The notes beneath the pieces were generated by a model that worked only from the letters and a program-made list of their open reading frames with translations, ran no database searches and was not told the DNA's origin. A stretch of 64,000 nucleotides of DNA from positions 32,001 through 96,000 of IMG/VR virus record IMGVR_UViG_3300028048_003164; one strand, given 5' to 3'. Below, piece after piece: positions 8,906-20,400 of the stretch. Position numbers and translations under genes: made by a program. Numbering within the stretch: the stretch's first letter is position 1; every line of letters begins with the position of its first letter. This DNA comes from a virus. Lineage: Duplodnaviria; Caudoviricetes.

Positions 8906-9283
8906 ATGAATAAAATCGAGGAGATACGTTTGCGAAGTTGTGTGTGTGAGCAGGTGACGGAATGGGCAGGATATTTCAATGTGAGCGAAGATCAGATATG
9001 GGATGCTCTCCGTGACTTTGCGGAATACATGGTTGCCCTGCGTGTTTCTGAAATTGCGAATACAGATAAGGTGAGCGTGGGTGATAGTTTGTGGCACGAT
9101 GGCAGCGAGAAACCGCAGACGGGAAGGATAATGTTTGAAAGCACAGACGGAGGCTTGCGCTTTGCGGACTACGACCGTGAGATAGATAGATTTGACAGCG
9201 ACGATGAGTGCTATTATTCCGGCAAGTGGGAACATTGCCACATCAAGCGTTGGATATACGAAAAAGATATATTAAGCTTATGA
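8906..9283 (+). CDS. Hypothetical protein
   Basis: Operonic ORF with a DUF551-like C-terminus (WHDGSEKP...RWIY). Confidence 0.55.
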   Translation: MNKIEEIRLRSCVCEQVTEWAGYFNVSEDQIWDALRDFAEYMVALRVSEIANTDKVSVGDSLWHDGSEKPQTGRIMFESTDGGLRFADYDREIDRFDSDDECYYSGKWEHCHIKRWIYEKDILSL

Positions 9284-9471
9284 AGATTTACATAGTTTAC
9301 GACACAGACCAGGATGCAGGGACGACCGTCTACCATATTGCATCGTCAAGAGAGAAGGCGGAAGAATGGAAAAAACGTCATGCTGAGCGTTTCTATAGGT
9401 ATGGCAATTTATATATGTTTCCCGACATAGAAGAGGTGGAGGTTGACCAAGAGGAGGAGCTTTGTATATGA
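9280..9471 (+). CDS. Small hypothetical phage protein
   Basis: MKIYIVY...SSREKAEE...IEEVEVD pattern; start placed at ATG 9280. Confidence 0.6.
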   Translation: MKIYIVYDTDQDAGTTVYHIASSREKAEEWKKRHAERFYRYGNLYMFPDIEEVEVDQEEELCI

Positions 9472-9770
9472 AACAGATTGAGAAAGTCCCGTTTAACAGT
9501 GACGTGGTAAACGATAATGACCACGTGTTTTTCCCGTTATATGAGCATGAGGTGTTTGCACTTGCAAGTTTTCCGATCTTTGACAACGAGCCATTGCAAG
9601 ACACTATAAAAGAGGCAGTAAGGACGTTAAACAACGCATATATCTTCCCCACAGTTGTATTCATTCCACTTCTTCGGTATTCGGAAAACATATCTTCTGC
9701 ATGTAATGATTGCGATTTGCAAATGCTTGTGATGACACCCGATGGTTTAAAGGATAGAGTAAAAATTTAA
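9462..9770 (+). CDS. Hypothetical protein
   Basis: Operonic ORF. Confidence 0.5.
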   Translation: MYMKQIEKVPFNSDVVNDNDHVFFPLYEHEVFALASFPIFDNEPLQDTIKEAVRTLNNAYIFPTVVFIPLLRYSENISSACNDCDLQMLVMTPDGLKDRVKI

Positions 9771-9783
9771 GAAGCAAATTATT

Positions 9784-10251
9784 ATGAGCCTACAGCAAGA
9801 AATACAATCGATTTTGAAGTCCTCGTTATCCTACGAGGAAAAGGGCAAGAAATTAGCCAAGTTGGTAACCAGGCAAGAGCTAAACGCCCTGCTCCCCAAA
9901 CCGCAGGAGGTCGTGGCATTGAAAGAGCCGTTGAAGCCGAAGACGAAGGGGATGAAGACTCTGCATCTCTCCATCCACAAGGTGTACTTCGATGCCATCA
10001 TTACCGGGGCAAAGCCCATCGAGTACAGGGATTGGACTAATCCGTATTATCAGAACAAGTGCTCCTATGAGGAGGACGGCAAGCGGTATCTCACGCCGTT
10101 CGATGCCATCGTCATCCATGTAGGTCGCGGCAAGGGTGCCTTGACGGCGACCGTTGCCCTGAAGGACATCACCTGCGACGGCACATATCTTATGTTCTGG
10201 GTCGGCAAGGTGTTGTGGAGCAACTCTCCGCTTTGGAGGGGTGATAAATAG
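9784..10251 (+). CDS. ASCH/PUA-like domain protein with an N-terminal helical extension
   Basis: TLHLSIHKVYFDAIITGAKPIEYR matches the ASCH GxKxxExR signature. Confidence 0.75.
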   Translation: MSLQQEIQSILKSSLSYEEKGKKLAKLVTRQELNALLPKPQEVVALKEPLKPKTKGMKTLHLSIHKVYFDAIITGAKPIEYRDWTNPYYQNKCSYEEDGKRYLTPFDAIVIHVGRGKGALTATVALKDITCDGTYLMFWVGKVLWSNSPLWRGDK

Positions 10252-10461
10252 GCGTTTTTTTTGCGGTTTGTTTTGCCCGTGTCGCTTTGATAGGGACTGG
10301 GTGGATAAGGTGTACGGATAAAGAAAAAACGAGGTGTTAAAAGCCCCGTTTTTTGTTTTTAGAAAAGGGACGGTATACGTTTCTCAACGTCCCGTCCCGA
10401 ACCCTTAGAAAAACGTGGTGAGTATGACTACCACGTGGGGTGCCTAAAGGACACCCTTTTC

Positions 10462-11013
10462 TCAACCTGCGTACGTCCACCTATTCTGGATGAAGGCGGT
10501 GTATGGCAGGTGGTATAGGTTGCTGTAGTAACAGCCATTGTATTCAATGAACCGTCCGAAGGTCTTAATCTGCCCGTTCTGCATGAAGGCGAACTTGGAC
10601 GAGTCTATGATGTTATGAGCGATGGTCTGCAGCTCTTTCGAGTAGAGACCGTACGTGCGGATAGCCGGGGCGAGGTATTTCTTGAAAGCCGTCTCGCTGT
10701 CCGTCTTGCCCTTGTAGGGTGTGATGGCGAGGATGCCGTTGTGCATGAACCACGTATTTGATTTCTCGTCATAGAACGGGTGGCAATTGGCAAGGGACAC
10801 CTTGCCGTGGGTAGCCCACCGGAAATGGATGATGCAGTTCTCGTTCTTCGGGACTTTCTTTAGCCTTGCGTAGAAATCCTCAAAATCGAGGCTCTTGTAG
10901 TGGTCACTTTCGCTGACGAATCCGCATCCGTCGTGGTTACGCTGAAACGCTGCCCTCAGCTCTTTCTTGGTGGGGAGGGCATGACCCGCTGGGGAAATTA
11001 TTATTACACACAT
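10462..11013 (-). CDS. Class II (Ntn) glutamine amidotransferase
   Basis: N-terminal MC, NHDGCG, HFRWATHG, NCHPF, HNG and TDSE. Confidence 0.9.
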   Translation of the reverse strand: MCVIIISPAGHALPTKKELRAAFQRNHDGCGFVSESDHYKSLDFEDFYARLKKVPKNENCIIHFRWATHGKVSLANCHPFYDEKSNTWFMHNGILAITPYKGKTDSETAFKKYLAPAIRTYGLYSKELQTIAHNIIDSSKFAFMQNGQIKTFGRFIEYNGCYYSNLYHLPYTAFIQNRWTYAG

Positions 11014-11154
11014 AACGTTTATCCTTTCTATTTTATTTTAATTTAATCGTTAAACAAATCTAAATACATATCCTTTGTAGGATTTAATTTTGCCGTTTTT
11101 AGCCCCACCGTTGCGCTCTTTGCGCTCGGGTGTGGTAGTAGTGCTTCTCCGGGG

Positions 11155-12057
11155 TTATCGTGCGGCACGAGCCTCGAATTCGGCTCTGCGGCTGCAGAAG
11201 TAGGCCTTCTCGGTATCGCTCAAGAAGGGGATGTCCTCGATGCGGTTGATGTCGGCGTTAAGGCGGGTAGTCTTGCTGAACTCTACGAGCTTGCCCAAGA
11301 ACTTAACCCAGTGGCTTATCTTGGTGTAGTTCGCCGTGCCTTGGTGCTGCCTGAACTCGATAGTCTTGTGGGCGGCGTAAGCCTCGGCGTTCACCCTGTG
11401 GTAGCGTGAGCCAAGTGCCCTGCGCATCTGCTCTCTTGTGGTGGCGTGAAGAACACCGTATTCATGGTTTCGGAGGCTGTTGCACCATCTTGCGTATTCG
11501 CCTCTTCTGCTCGGGGCAAGAAAGCTCTCGATGGCGGTCTCCATCCTCATGTAGTTGACGAAGACGTTGCAGTACTCAATGTCTGTAAGGCTTGCAGCCC
11601 CGATGTGGACGTGGAGTCCGCATGAGGAGTTGGTCGTAGCGCCAATCTCCCGAAGGCTCTTGCAGCAAGCCTTAAGGCTCTCGAAGCCGTGGTCGTTGCC
11701 GTTCAAGGCGGGGGTGACGCACTCGGCGGGGTTGTGCCCGCTGATACTCGAGTCGGTGGTCAGCTTGAATTGGGGGATGTCCCTGTGGTTGTAGTATACC
11801 TGATCCATCACCTCGAGTCCGTTGCGGCGTGCTGCTGCGAAGAACTCGGTGTATCGGCATCCTACGCATTCAATTTCTACCCCGAAGGTGTAGGAGAATG
11901 GTAGTGGGCGTGGGGCAGGCATGTAACTCCTCACAAGGCACATTGCCTCGAAAGGAGTAACACCTAACTTTACGATGGCCTCCTGCTTCTTGGGGCGGCT
12001 CATCCGGCTGTTCAAAACTTCTTTAACCTGCTCACTTAAGGTCTTCTGTGTTCTCAT
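11155..12057 (-). CDS. Putative amidoligase (COOH-NH2 ligase, glutamine-synthetase-like fold)
   Basis: TFGVEIE, DSSI, ECVTP, CGLHVHIG, RYHRVN and TIEFRQH. Start placed at ATG 12057, after the conserved leader. Confidence 0.88.
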   Translation of the reverse strand: MRTQKTLSEQVKEVLNSRMSRPKKQEAIVKLGVTPFEAMCLVRSYMPAPRPLPFSYTFGVEIECVGCRYTEFFAAARRNGLEVMDQVYYNHRDIPQFKLTTDSSISGHNPAECVTPALNGNDHGFESLKACCKSLREIGATTNSSCGLHVHIGAASLTDIEYCNVFVNYMRMETAIESFLAPSRRGEYARWCNSLRNHEYGVLHATTREQMRRALGSRYHRVNAEAYAAHKTIEFRQHQGTANYTKISHWVKFLGKLVEFSKTTRLNADINRIEDIPFLSDTEKAYFCSRRAEFEARAAR

Positions 12058-12119
12058 ACTCTTGCTGCGCCGTGTTATGGCCTTGCGCTCTTGGCCTCTA
12101 AGGGTTCGATGCAAAGGTA
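12055..12119 (-). promoter_or_regulatory. Promoter plus conserved leader, copy B
   Basis: Minus strand: TACCTTTG...AACCCTTAGA...GCAAGAGTATG. Confidence 0.7.
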
Positions 12120-12249
12120 ATCACAAACGGTTGAAAAACAATCGTTTACGGCAAAACTTTAGATTCGTTTAGCATAAAATGCGAGAGTTTTAGATGGTGT
12201 TAGCATTTAAGCTTTGGCGGTTATCTTTCGTTAGCTTTTTACCACCACA

Positions 12250-12525
12250 TTACCTATTATCATGTAAAGTGAAGCGGATGCTCTTTTTATCGAGAAGCTT
12301 ATCATCCTCAAATTCGCCCATATTGGCATAGATCTCCACCGTTCCATCCTTCGTGAAGCGTCCGTGCGAGTCCTTCCATACTGTCACCTCAAGGATATGC
12401 TTGTTCTCGGCAGTGATGAACCACTCAGCATAGTTTTCGTCATCGTAATTGCGGTCAGGCTTGTCGGTGTCAAGGGAGAGGAAATACTCCCTCCCCTTGG
12501 ATTTGAAAGTCGCTGTCAGTATCAT
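12250..12525 (-). CDS. Hypothetical protein
   Basis: ATGA overlap with the upstream DUF932 gene. Confidence 0.6.
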   Translation of the reverse strand: MILTATFKSKGREYFLSLDTDKPDRNYDDENYAEWFITAENKHILEVTVWKDSHGRFTKDGTVEIYANMGEFEDDKLLDKKSIRFTLHDNR

Positions 12526-13622
12526 ACGCTACCCTCCACTGCCATACAAGCATCAAGCACCTTCTTAGAGGTGTAACCGTGCAAAATCGAGTCAAATTTC
12601 ACCTCATCGTTTCGCCAAGTTGCGTTGTTTTGATAATACGATGTGATGCCGTTCACCACCCACAATCCAGTTCCTCGCTCGCCATATTCCTGTCCTATAC
12701 CGTTCTCCACCGCCATCTTCATAGCTTCGAAGGTGTTCTTGGACTGGGTGGGGATATCCTCGTGTTCCATCGTGCCGAACTTACGGTACGTTTCCATCGA
12801 TTTCTCGGAAAGCACTACCTCTGCCAGGATACGGTCGAGGTCTTGCTCCGCAATCTTAATGTTGCGCAGGTGGTCGAACCGCTGCTCAAGGGATTTCTTG
12901 TAAACCTTCATGAGGTTGAGTGCTTTGAATGCAAACTCCGTGTTCTCCTTGGAGGTGAGGTCAAGCCTCTGCATGATGTTCGACGAGTGACGGAGGGAAA
13001 GACAGCCGTGATTATGGTTGAGAGCCAAGTTGAGTGTATTCTGGCAGCACACTCTCACGGGGGCACACATGCACTTCACCGCCCCCGTTCCGTCGTGGCT
13101 TGTTGTGAAGACCATGTACATTTCCACCCTATCGTCTCCCTTGTTGTCGAGGATGATGTCTTCGGGGAACTTCGCCGTTATGAACACTCGCTCGCCTTTG
13201 CCGAGAACCCCTGCGCATTCAATGACGGGTACGTGGTCACCCACCTGCCCTGTACAGAGGGTGTCAATAAACGTGAAGGCATCGAGATTCTGCACGATGC
13301 CGTAGCCATCACCGACCACCCCTAAAGGCTTCATCGTGTCCATTCGGACTGTCACTTTCTTGTTTGGAACGATGGCATCAAGCACCTCGTCCTGAAAATA
13401 CATCATGCTATAGTTGTCGTCTGAAAGATGGTCTGATAAGTCAGGGGTCAGTGCCACCAAAGGGAACATCTTTACTTCATAGTCTGCGTGGGAAGCCTCC
13501 AGTGCCTCCTTGACGGTCATTGGACGGTCAAAAACCTGTCCCAATTCGTGCCATGCACGCTCCTTGCGCCCGTTTTCGGCAAAGGACGCTACGCCGTTGT
13601 TGATTTCAATGTTGTGACTCAT
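12522..13622 (-). CDS. DUF932 / phage-plasmid conserved protein
   Basis: MSHNIE, AWHELG, LGVVGDGYGIVQN, TSHDGTG, PVRVCCQNTL and GLWVVNGIT. Confidence 0.85.
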   Translation of the reverse strand: MSHNIEINNGVASFAENGRKERAWHELGQVFDRPMTVKEALEASHADYEVKMFPLVALTPDLSDHLSDDNYSMMYFQDEVLDAIVPNKKVTVRMDTMKPLGVVGDGYGIVQNLDAFTFIDTLCTGQVGDHVPVIECAGVLGKGERVFITAKFPEDIILDNKGDDRVEMYMVFTTSHDGTGAVKCMCAPVRVCCQNTLNLALNHNHGCLSLRHSSNIMQRLDLTSKENTEFAFKALNLMKVYKKSLEQRFDHLRNIKIAEQDLDRILAEVVLSEKSMETYRKFGTMEHEDIPTQSKNTFEAMKMAVENGIGQEYGERGTGLWVVNGITSYYQNNATWRNDEVKFDSILHGYTSKKVLDACMAVEGSV

Positions 13623-13706
13623 TTTTTTGTATTAAGTTTATTAGCATATTGTTTATTTTTCGATGTATGAAAATAACAGTTTTTTTATTCACATGGGGAT
13701 TTGGAG

Positions 13707-14024
13707 TTACTTTATTTCCATCAATATCTTTGAATAATGTTGTGTGCCATAATTATTGCATATTACTTCATATTTGTTCTTGTTAATCTGAAAGAAATTA
13801 AAAGCCTTGGTTACGACTTCTTCAAGGGAATCACCGCTAAATATTTCGGGATAGGTCACCTCTGCTGCACATAGTCCGAATTCGTCATTAAGGATGTATT
13901 CTATAAAGAAAACACCGTCAGTGTTGTTCATCGTAAATTCGTAAGTGCCTTGATAGCGTCCCTCCTTTTTCATTACGGCGATGGGAAGTGAATTCAACAT
14001 CTGCCAAAAATCCTTGTGTGCCAT
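13707..14024 (-). CDS. Hypothetical protein
   Basis: 105-aa ORF in the leftward arm. Confidence 0.55.
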   Translation of the reverse strand: MAHKDFWQMLNSLPIAVMKKEGRYQGTYEFTMNNTDGVFFIEYILNDEFGLCAAEVTYPEIFSGDSLEEVVTKAFNFFQINKNKYEVICNNYGTQHYSKILMEIK

Positions 14025-14205
14025 AATTGTTTATTTTATAATTGTTAAGCTTTGCCCATAGAATCAATATCCAACTCTTGCGGGTTAAAACCCACATCGA
14101 AAGAATATCCATTGCGTTTAAGATATAATGCTACCTCTTCCATTATTCTTTCCTTAATACCCTTTTGGGGGTTGTCAATCCTTATGTGTAATGTAAACTT
14201 CATTT

Positions 14206-14730
14206 TTATTGCTTTTCGTCGTGAATGTTGCCTATAACTTCAATGCCGAGTTTCGACTCGTCTATAATGTTGCCGTCAGCGTCACCCCATCCATCCTCCT
14301 CGGAAACGTCAAGGTCTTTGCGTAGTTCTTCCAAATTTTCAAGACCGCAAAATGCCAAGGGAGAATAATCGTCGCAAGTGAACATACCGCATTCATAGGA
14401 AACGACTCCATTAATTTCCTTTAGGATAGACTCGTATATCCGGTTAAACGGGTCGCAGTCAGGATTGATGCAGCGGGGAAATATGCAGTAATACCTCACA
14501 ATGTCACCTTCGTATATCTTCTTGCCGTTCTTATCGAACAAACCTGTGAACTGCCCGATGGTGTCAGGTTCTACCCATGTTGGCCTATCTGTTTCTTGAC
14601 AGATATGATGTCCGTCCTCAACCATGTCAGTTTCGCTTACTATATGGTAGTTCCCTTCGATTTTCAACAAACTACCGAAAACCCACTCACCATTATGTGA
14701 GTGTTTGCCACGGAACTCTATTTCTCGCAT
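14206..14730 (-). CDS. YopX family protein
   Basis: MREIEFRGK, TIGQFTGLFDKNGKKIYEGDIV and EVIGNIHD. Confidence 0.9.
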   Translation of the reverse strand: MREIEFRGKHSHNGEWVFGSLLKIEGNYHIVSETDMVEDGHHICQETDRPTWVEPDTIGQFTGLFDKNGKKIYEGDIVRYYCIFPRCINPDCDPFNRIYESILKEINGVVSYECGMFTCDDYSPLAFCGLENLEELRKDLDVSEEDGWGDADGNIIDESKLGIEVIGNIHDEKQ

Positions 14731-14909
14731 ACTCCTACTTCCTTAAATCGTTGACAATTCTTCTGTTCAATGTGCGAAGTGCTTCTAATACCTTTCTGCT
14801 CTCACTTTCGTATTCTGAGCCCTCAAGTCGCATGTTTGCGAAGGAAAGTTCTCGCCCTGCCTTTAGGATTTCTTGCTGGGCATACTTAATCTGTTCTCTT
14901 GGAATCATG

Positions 14910-16947
14910 TCAATCTTCTATTTTAATTCTTACATACCAACCATACGAGTTAAAATCCACCTCGCAGGTCTTGCCTTTCTCACGTACTAATGCGGCCACC
15001 TCTTGTGCAAGGTTGTGTGTGCCGCAACTAATGAACTCCCACGTGTCGTTGCCTTCGGCACGATAACTTTTGAAAGTCCATCCGTTTTTAGTTTTTACCT
15101 GTATCATACTTTTTATTCTACAATGTAATGGGGATTACTTTCGGGCAAAAAGCCAGATTTGATAACTTGTTTGCCTAAGTCGTATATAAGCTTGTCTATT
15201 CGTACCATATCCAGTTCGTCGAGGCATTCTTTCCAAAGCCAACACTCGGTTTCCGTCAGAGCAAACTTGGTGTTCTTGATTATCCATTTTATATAGTATG
15301 GATGTTTCACTACAAGCCAGTATATATACTTGTCCTTATATTTGCCAAATGGCATTTTTCTGCCAAAAAGCAAATCATCGGAACATATTGTCCCGTCGTC
15401 AATTTTCTTTTGCAATAAATCCTTATCTGACATAATCTGTTCCCTCGGGATCATAGCTGCTATCCCAATGAAAGCCTTACGGCCAAGTCTGATAGGTTAT
15501 TAACTTGGAAATGCTCCTTGAGCTCGTTCACTACGGAAACGTTCTGCATTCTGAGGAGCTGCTCAATGGTCGATGGGTTGCCGCCTCGGTATAGCTCCAT
15601 CGAGTTTCTTGCACGTTCTGTCATAATTATATATTTTTTAAACGTTGTGGAATAACCTTCTTGTAGTTGCACTCATCGCAGCAGACACCGTCACGTAAGG
15701 GTGCAGCGTTGTGCGGGTGTCCCTCGACGCGCTTGCCGCAGATGCAGCAGTAGTACACCTCGTGGATTTCGTAGCTCTCCACGTCGGGATTGTCAAGACC
15801 GAAGAACCCTCTCAGGAATCTCTCGGCATCCTCTCCAACTTCTCCGACATAGGAAGGATGGAGCACTGATCCATCCTTCTCCCTTACCGTCATTTCAAAG
15901 TGTCTTTGCATCTTCCTTCGTCGTTATAAAGGTCATCAGTTCTGCCTCCGTATGAAAGCATTTGTTCTCGTCATAGCCGTTGGCGTTGTAGGATTCACTG
16001 TCATAGAGTCGTACGTTTACCGTGTCACCTACCGTGAAGGCATTTATACGATTTACCTCAAACTCCCTTACCTTGAGAGAAGTGGTGTCAATGGTGAAGA
16101 CCTTGTCACCGATGTTGAATTTTGTCTTGATTAACATGATAGAATTATTTTATGGTTAAACTTTATTATTCTCGTAAGCTATAATAGTTCATAAAGTCGC
16201 TTGTTAACGTCGAAGAATCCAGGTTCGAAATCGTTCTCGAACTTTCCGTCCTTTCGGAATATCATCATGTGCTTCGATCTGCGCTTGCTATTGTGTGAAT
16301 AGATGATGACGTTATCTGTAAACTCCTTAAACGCCTCGTCGGATTCTTCTGCCTTACGCTTGGCAAGAACCTGCAAGGCTCTCACCTCCGACTCGGTAAT
16401 GTATACAAATCTGCCGTACACCTCCGCTGCCACCTTTTGATGGTAGCGCATCTTGGCAAGAATGCCCGAGCGCACCTCATGCCGTATCTCGCTGAACTTA
16501 TCGTAGTTGATGCGCCGTTCAAATGCTTTCTCTTCGAGCTGCTGTTTGTATGCTGTCGTTGCTCTCATAGCGGGTAATATAAAAATACGTAAATTGCGCA
16601 AATAAACGCCGCTGTGGCGCATATAATATTGAGGATGGCTGAATGGTTGTCTGCCCACCTTGCAAGCCGACGTGCGGCTTTTAATTCGGCTTTGTAAAGC
16701 TTGTTCATAATCTTAATCATAGGTTGTTTTTTCTTTTACACTCTTCGTAGAAAGCCGCAAGGCACTGCTTGTCGGTCTTGTAGTAGCTGCGGTGAATATC
16801 GTCACCGAGGTCGTCCCAGGCAAGTGAGTTATGGCTTTGGCATGAATACTCTCTGCCCCGAAAGCTTATGGTCACCTTATAGCAGCCCTGCTGCATCCTG
16901 CGGATGGTAACCTTTTCTCTAAGTTCTTTCTCCGTCATTTCTTTCAT
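14910..16947 (-). other. Run of small hypothetical genes (14910-15107, 15113-15454, 15627-15911, 15895-16137, ~16179-16568, 16717-16947)
   Basis: Co-oriented, closely spaced ORFs. 15113-15454 carries an MPFGKYK...YIKW motif (DUF3820/ExoX-C-like). Confidence 0.6.
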
Positions 16948-16985
16948 TGGTGGTGGCAGGGTGGTTAGCCCTGCCGTGACCTTGT

Positions 16986-17321
16986 TTATCGTGCAATGCT
17001 CAGAAGGTTAGCCTTCTTGAAGCACCTGAACTCACCCTTCTCGGTGTCGAAGTAAACCTGCACCGTGGGGTTCTGGCGGCGGCTGCTCTCGCCCGATGTG
17101 GGAGGCAGCATGTCGGCTCTCAGCGTGCCGTAAGCTTCTCGTGTGCTACCATCAACCTTCTGGAAGTAGAACCTTACTATACGCTGTGTCATTGCGCAGC
17201 GCAGCTTGTAGTTGCGCCATGCCATCTGCAGAGCCTCGCTCATGCTCATACCGTTCTGCTTAACGAAAATCCAAGCCTGCGTCATAATCTCGCTCATTTG
17301 CTGCTTGAAAGTGGTATTCAT
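16986..17321 (-). CDS. DUF2693/WYL-like SH3 beta-barrel protein
   Basis: VRFYFQKVDGSTREAYGTL...VYFDTEKGEFRCFK; start at ATG 17321. Confidence 0.8.
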   Translation of the reverse strand: MNTTFKQQMSEIMTQAWIFVKQNGMSMSEALQMAWRNYKLRCAMTQRIVRFYFQKVDGSTREAYGTLRADMLPPTSGESSRRQNPTVQVYFDTEKGEFRCFKKANLLSIAR

Positions 17322-17418
17322 ACTCTTGCCCATCCTATAACCCTGGGGTGGCCGGTTCTAAGGGTTCTGGCTTATTGCCGATACAAAAGTACGAAAAACG
17401 TATTTAATAACCAAGTAT
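17319..17418 (-). promoter_or_regulatory. Promoter, palindromic box and conserved leader, copy C
   Basis: Minus strand: ATACTTGGTTATTAAATAC-N8-TACTTTTG...AACCCTTAGA...GCAAGAGTATG. Confidence 0.7.
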
Positions 17419-17477
17419 ATTATCAATCTTTAGCATAAAACGGCGACAATTATCTTTTCTTATCAAGATTGTTCTTT

Positions 17478-20400
17478 CTAATCCATACTAAGCGTCAAAG
17501 CAAGCTTAATGGGCTCATCATCCCACCTCAAGGTGGGCAAGGTGAACCCTTCCGCTTCCATATATATCACGGTCTCGGTGGCAAAGCCGAGGTGGTTGCC
17601 TGTCCATATGCCGAAGTTCCCGTTTCTTACAGGTTTGGAGGTGAAGATTCTCCCTTGCCCTGTCTTACTCACGGCATACCAAAGACTTAATACCTTTTCC
17701 ATATTCTTTTATTTGAAATGAAAATCTATAGTTCCAACTTTCGTTTCTATGCACAGATAATCATCATGACTCATTGCCTTCGCAAGTTCCTCGTGGAACG
17801 CAGCGAACTGCTTTATCTGTTGTTTCCACGGAGTCCCGTTTATTTCAATCCGAGGAACTCCGTCCATTCCTACTATTCTCGCCATTCTATTTCTTCTTTT
17901 ATTCCGCAGATACTTAATGCATTCTGTAGTTCGTGCAAGTAGTCCAACGCTATCTTAGCGTTAGTGTACACATTCCTTATGCCGACAAGGCATCTGTGTG
18001 TGGAGTTTGGAAGATTGCTTATATCCGGCACGATGGTCACGACGAAGTCCTTGCATTTGTTCCATAACAGTTGCCTTGCTATAAATGGTTCAAAACCGAT
18101 CTTTTCAAGAACATCTACCGTTAAGGGTATGCCTTCGCATTCCGATATTTTGAAATCGTCCACCTCTTTGACACCGTCATTATTATACGCTAACGCCAAG
18201 TGTCTATCATTAATTTCCACGACAGTGCATATCCTGTCTTCCTTCCAAACCGTTCCTTCGTTGTTCCAACCATGGTCGTGACAAAGGACGTAGTTACCGG
18301 CCATTAATTCTTTATTTGTTAACTCTACCATATTCTTCATCCGTTAATACCAACCAATTGTTATCTTTCAACTCGCAAAGCCAGCGACCCGATGGTACAT
18401 AGTACACATCTTCACCGTCGATGTCATGCACACCGTATGCAAGTTCATACACTGGCTCATTCTCTATCTTCCTCACCCCGACAACGCAGGGCAAGTTAAA
18501 TATCCCCATCGTGATCCTCTGTGGAATCTGATATGTCCTTATAAACTTCTTCATTTTTGTTCTCCTTTGCAAAGTAAGCTACAATGCCGATGATGGCAAG
18601 TGCCTCCACCATCATGCCTATTAATATTCCTATAATTAGTGTCCCTATCATACCTTTATCCTTTCGATTACTGGCTTTTCATCCACCTTCACCCAAATGG
18701 TGTAGGTGTAAGTTTCACTTTCTGTTTTCATTTCTGAAGTGTCGAATTTGGTCATTTTATCTTGACGTTAATTCATTTACATATTGTTTCACTCTCTCAT
18801 CCATCTTGATTCCGTGGGCTTCAAAATTACGCAGTATGTACAATGACGCATCAGCACGCTCGTCGTATATCCCTAATCTGAGAGAGGATTCAATCAAAGA
18901 ACAAAACATCACTAATGAGAGGTAATTATGTATTTCGGCAGGCACGGCACTATCGTAACCGCCATTAGTGCAACATATAGGACATGTAACGATGTTTCCG
19001 CAACACTTTTCATGTTCCGTTATGGCAGGTGCGATAGCAACATATATTGGAAATCCATATAAACCTTTGCTAACCCAAAACGAATGAGGAGGTGCTGGTA
19101 ATATTTCACATTCCCTTTCGATTTTATTTATTACTATTCTCATTTCTCTACTAATATTTTCACACTATCCAAACTTTGACTCAGTTGGTAGTTAACCATG
19201 CAGGTGTGGTGGTACATAGCCCTGCTTTGAGCCATTACGACAAACATCGTTACGAACACCGCAACAAGCACGAGAGCGAAGAACCAGTGATGCTTGATTC
19301 CATGAAGTGTATCATGGAGCAATCTGTTTAAGGTTACTCCCCATGAGCGCAGAAAAATCACCATCCCTTTCAACATGGTTATTAATGCTAATTTGTAGTG
19401 AGTTTTATTCATAATATAGTGTTATTAAAATAAGTTATGCCAAACACCTTTGTTATATATCAAGGATTGCCATTTATTACAAATTGACTGCCTAAATGCA
19501 CCTCTTACAACACCACAATTACTAACGATTTTCATATCCCAATCATCTGGAATTGCATGTTGTAGTTTCATTTCATCCAATAACTCATCGTAGTGTTTAT
19601 CAACGAAAGAATCTATATCTTTCATAGCTTGTACACACCTTTCTTTAAGTTCATCTAATTCTTTCATAATCTACGTTCTTAAAAAATTGTTCAACCTTTA
19701 TTTTTGTTCCATCCCACCAACCTCTAAGTTCAGCGATGGCACATTCTTTATCTTTGTAAGGGTCGGTTTCATAATATTCTTCGCCTATAGATATGCTGCA
19801 TTTCCACAGTCCATGCCATTGGAATATATCAGCATCCACTTTTGATGGGAACGATGTTATTTTTCTTTTGTCCATAATCCTAATTCTAATTGATTCTTAT
19901 CTTTTTTCATTATTTTCTTCCGCTTCGGCCAATGCTCTTGTCTGTATGGGCAGTCAAGCCTTTGTGTTGCATCATAGGTGCGTAGGCTCACTGGCTCGTT
20001 ACCATACCCTAACCATTGCTCGCCTATTTCGTCCCATATCTTGCAGCGTGATTTTGTGTACTCCGAAATGTGAGATACGTTGTTCACTTTCAGCCTTGCC
20101 GACTTCACGCATCTGTCGCAGTTCCTGTCTATCCACATCGCAGCCTCACTGCCGCTTGAAAAGCATGGTATTGATGTTTTCATTTTTCTACCTCCTTTCC
20201 ATATTTGCTTTTAAAGCGATAACACGCAGGTAAATATTCACTCACTATCGGTGCTTGCCCTTCCTTTCCCGGGTGGACGCACCTCGCATTTGCCAATATA
20301 TCGTATGTCATGTAATAACACTCCTTACAGATGTGGTCTTTATTGTTCTTCATCCTCAAACTTTAAATTAGAGTTATCAATTATCTCCGTTGCTATCGCT

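Noticed and set aside
12579-13325. Long antisense ORFs (12579-13325, 33002-33838, 35058-35711, 49123-49821, 55524-56075)
   Set aside because: They lie opposite well-supported genes and have no motifs; these are shadow ORFs from codon bias.
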